Of a DNA stretch of 64,000 nucleotides, positions 61,557 to 64,000 are shown piece after piece (within the stretch, counting starts at the first letter, position 1; every line of letters begins with the position of its first letter). Position numbers and translations under genes: made by a program. The notes under the pieces were generated by a model, which saw only the letters and a program-made list of their open reading frames with translations, did no database searches and was not told the origin of the DNA. The stretch is from Andalucia godoyi And28 (lineage: Eukaryota; Protista; Jakobida): the NCBI GenBank assembly GCA_009859145.1, contig VRVR01000006.1, positions 245,455 to 309,454 on the forward strand. The letters are read 5' to 3'.

Positions 61557-64000
61557 GTCAGTCTCGGTGGCTGCGTCGCTCTCGTGATCTCGCGCATCCA
61601 TGAATTCCATGTCGTCGAAAGATGTTCTTGCAGAAATTGTGCTCATACGATGTCGGAGAGAGCCTCCCCGAGCTGGAGCCGGTTGTCGAGGTGGCCGTCG
61701 CGGAGAGCTATTGGAAGCTGCTACTTGGACATTGATCACGCCAGGTGGGTGATCCACGGACGCAGATGGCTCATAAACGGAGAGATCTACGAGTCTCTTT
61801 TCTTTTCGAGAAAAGCTGGCAACATACGGGTGAACGTGATCGCGTTCAAACACAATCATCTGCCTGCACACAATCTTTTGCAATGTCTGGTTCCTATCCA
61901 ATGCGTGGATCATCGCCGTCAATCCAAGGACTCCAATAAAATTCTTGCTGATGTCGATCTCTTGCAACGTGCGATTTCTCCCAACGGCCTGGAAAAGCAA
62001 CGTCAAGTTGCGTTCCGACACCGCGCTGTTTGCAACTGACAAACGTCGAACGCGATACGAGGACGTGCGCAACGCATCGCACAGATTCGCAATGCAGCCA
62101 TCGTCCAATGCGTTCCACGAAAGATCCAAGTGGACAAGAGTCGCCCGAATTCCCAAGCAAATAAGCGTGTTGGCTCTGGAAAGGAAATTCCCGCCGAGAT
62201 CAAGATGCTGCAGAGAAGAGTAGAACGTCGACATCAGTTCTGCGATCGCAGCACCGCCCTGGTACCCGATGTTCCCGTTTCGCAAGGTCAGGCTCTGGAG
62301 CAATCGGCGCGTGTTGCGATGTGTGGCACGTTTGCACAGTGCAGCACAAATCTCAATGCAGCCCGCATCTCGAAGATCCGCATTGCATATTGAAACATGC
62401 TCCAGGGGGGCATCGGAAGTCGACAGGATATCGCACGTTGCGTGTATGCTGTCCTTCGAATATGCACCTTCGCGAGGAATTAGCGGACTGGGTCCGGTGA
62501 ACCCTTGATTGGGAGGAGGGGCCATGAAAACGGTAGGCTTCACAGCACTCGACGAAGTACTCGCCGCAACACCGTGTACAACTAACGTTCGGGGTCGCGG
62601 ATCCTGCAGGGAACCGTCGATTGACAAATGGTCCAGACTCTGCAGATCCGCGATTGCTTGAACAATCATCTGAGATGCGCTTAACATGATTTCATGTCCT
62701 TGGATATGCAGCCAGCGAAGCGACGATCTCGAACTACCGGTCAAAAGGGAGGAAATAAAAGAAGCCGAGCGGGGGTTTTGGAATGGAGATCTCTTAAACT
62801 TTGGGAATCGGATGTCAAGCGTGTGCACATGGTCCAGAGCAAGCAGGAAGGACGGAACAAGGGGCAGATCAGCGTTGCCAAGGATGGTGTTGAATGAGTT
62901 CATGGAGGGGAACTTTGCCGAGGCCACGGTCGACGAAGCCGAAAAGTGATTGAGCCGGAAAATCTTTTCAAAAGACCGCGGGGCATCTGACACGTCGAGT
63001 CGAACAGCGCGAATCGAGGAATGCGCACAGGCACGATCCAAGAGATCCAAATCCCGCATGGCGATGGATAGCTGTTGCTTATTTTCTGCGGCAATCAACA
63101 AGTCCAGCACCCGACTTGCTTGATTCGTAATGAACACGTCCTTTTCCGAGTGCAGCGATGCAGAGGACAGTCTGTGCGTATATCGCAGATCAAGCGCGAC
63201 TGGATGATCCAACGTCTGCGGCGCGCGTGATGGAGTCGCAGAGGCAGCCGCAGCAACGTTACGCGGCGGGGAGCCCAACACACTGTTCAAGTTGGTACGT
63301 GTCGCTGGAACCGATATGGACGCCAACGGATCAGAATCCGTCTTGCGCGGAGTGGAAAGATGCAAACTTTCGGTCCCTTTTAACCACGCCTCGATTTGAG
63401 CGACCGGATTTCCCCCGGGCAGATCTTGAAACAACTGTTGCTGTGCGCCCCTTCTTCCTTTTCTAGTACTCGGTGTTGAACTAGCAGAGTCCATAGATGT
63501 TGACAACGTGTCGCGAAATGGATGACCTGAGGCATTCGAAGGATTTTCAGCTGAAAACTCAGCAGCTACTGCTGGGGCAATGCGATAAGACACTGATGCA
63601 GGAAATGACGAGGTTGACGAATCATCAGAAGCTCGGAGCCGATTCCCATTGTTACCATTATTACCAGTGTTGCTGCCGCCACCGCCGCCGCTGCTGCTGA
63701 CGTTGCTGTTGTTGATGATGTTGCCGCTGCTGTGACGCATATGAAGATGAAGACTGTTGTGACCACCGCTGACGTTCTGACTGCTCAATTGATTCAGCTG
63801 GCTGGAGCCCACGGTAGCTGCGTTTGAATGCATTGAAGGTGGTACCGAGGAAGCTGGCAGTGATGATGAGCGACTGCTCGTGGGTGCAGCTGCTGCACCA
63901 GCCGTGCCAGTCCCAGTTCCGCTACCGATTCCGTTGCTTGCCGGAGGCAAATCAGCGGTGTTCTGTCGATATTGAAAGCTGTAATGAATTTGGTCGAAGC
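61551..64000 (-). CDS. RNI-like leucine-rich-repeat protein; 5' end lies beyond the window
   Basis: LRR units LQHLDLGGNFL, LVHLDLSWNALDDG and LQEIDISKNFIG. The frame stays open from the TTG at 63950 to the window edge. Confidence 0.85.
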   Translation of the reverse strand, partial: FDQIHYSFQYRQNTADLPPASNGIGSGTGTGTAGAAAAPTSSRSSSLPASSVPPSMHSNAATVGSSQLNQLSSQNVSGGHNSLHLHMRHSSGNIINNSNVSSSGGGGGSNTGNNGNNGNRLRASDDSSTSSFPASVSYRIAPAVAAEFSAENPSNASGHPFRDTLSTSMDSASSTPSTRKGRRGAQQQLFQDLPGGNPVAQIEAWLKGTESLHLSTPRKTDSDPLASISVPATRTNLNSVLGSPPRNVAAAASATPSRAPQTLDHPVALDLRYTHRLSSASLHSEKDVFITNQASRVLDLLIAAENKQQLSIAMRDLDLLDRACAHSSIRAVRLDVSDAPRSFEKIFRLNHFSASSTVASAKFPSMNSFNTILGNADLPLVPSFLLALDHVHTLDIRFPKFKRSPFQNPRSASFISSLLTGSSRSSLRWLHIQGHEIMLSASQMIVQAIADLQSLDHLSIDGSLQDPRPRTLVVHGVAASTSSSAVKPTVFMAPPPNQGFTGPSPLIPREGAYSKDSIHATCDILSTSDAPLEHVSICNADLRDAGCIEICAALCKRATHRNTRRLLQSLTLRNGNIGYQGGAAIAELMSTFYSSLQHLDLGGNFLSRANTLICLGIRATLVHLDLSWNALDDGCIANLCDALRTSSYRVRRLSVANSAVSERNLTLLFQAVGRNRTLQEIDISKNFIGVLGLTAMIHALDRNQTLQKIVCRQMIVFERDHVHPYVASFSRKEKRLVDLSVYEPSASVDHPPGVINVQVAASNSSPRRPPRQPAPARGGSLRHRMSTISARTSFDDMEFMDARDHESDAATETDL

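Noticed and set aside
1-64000. Selenocysteine, alternative genetic code, tRNA/rRNA, CRISPR, U12 introns
   Set aside because: Recognised genes use all three standard stops at expected C-termini. No SECIS-linked UGA, tRNA cloverleaf, rRNA, repeat-spacer array or RTATCCTT donor was seen by eye; tRNAscan-SE and Infernal would be needed to be sure.

Overview
Gene-dense, intron-poor eukaryotic nuclear DNA of roughly 50% GC, with simple-repeat intergenic spacers and a few short GT-AG introns. The source is probably a non-photosynthetic flagellate protist; a nucleus-encoded System I cytochrome c maturation gene (ccmH) and flagellar-type genes fit a jakobid-like organism, which is inference only. About 30 protein genes are supported, including thiolase, GPAT, hemB, PIG-P, MYCBPAP-like, sphingomyelinase-like, GT18/MGAT5-like, RecQ/BLM, WDR75, COG2, a Zn2Cys6 transcription factor, an HhH-GPD glycosylase, QWRF/AUG8, RIIa-guanylate kinase, V-ATPase B, hyccin, DHHC, COA4 and EEF2KMT. 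The best hidden signal is an ornithine decarboxylase antizyme gene split over two frames by a +1 ribosomal frameshift site (UUU-UGA-U at 6796-6802), followed by a three-helix, pseudoknot-like RNA element (6809-6869). The second is a decayed Ginger-type (KRBA2/SCAND3-like) DNA transposon remnant (about 48760-50429) with inverted termini and palindromic subterminal repeats. COA4 and the true 5' ends of several other spliced genes are missed by the ORF track. All family assignments come from motif recognition by eye; no database search was run.
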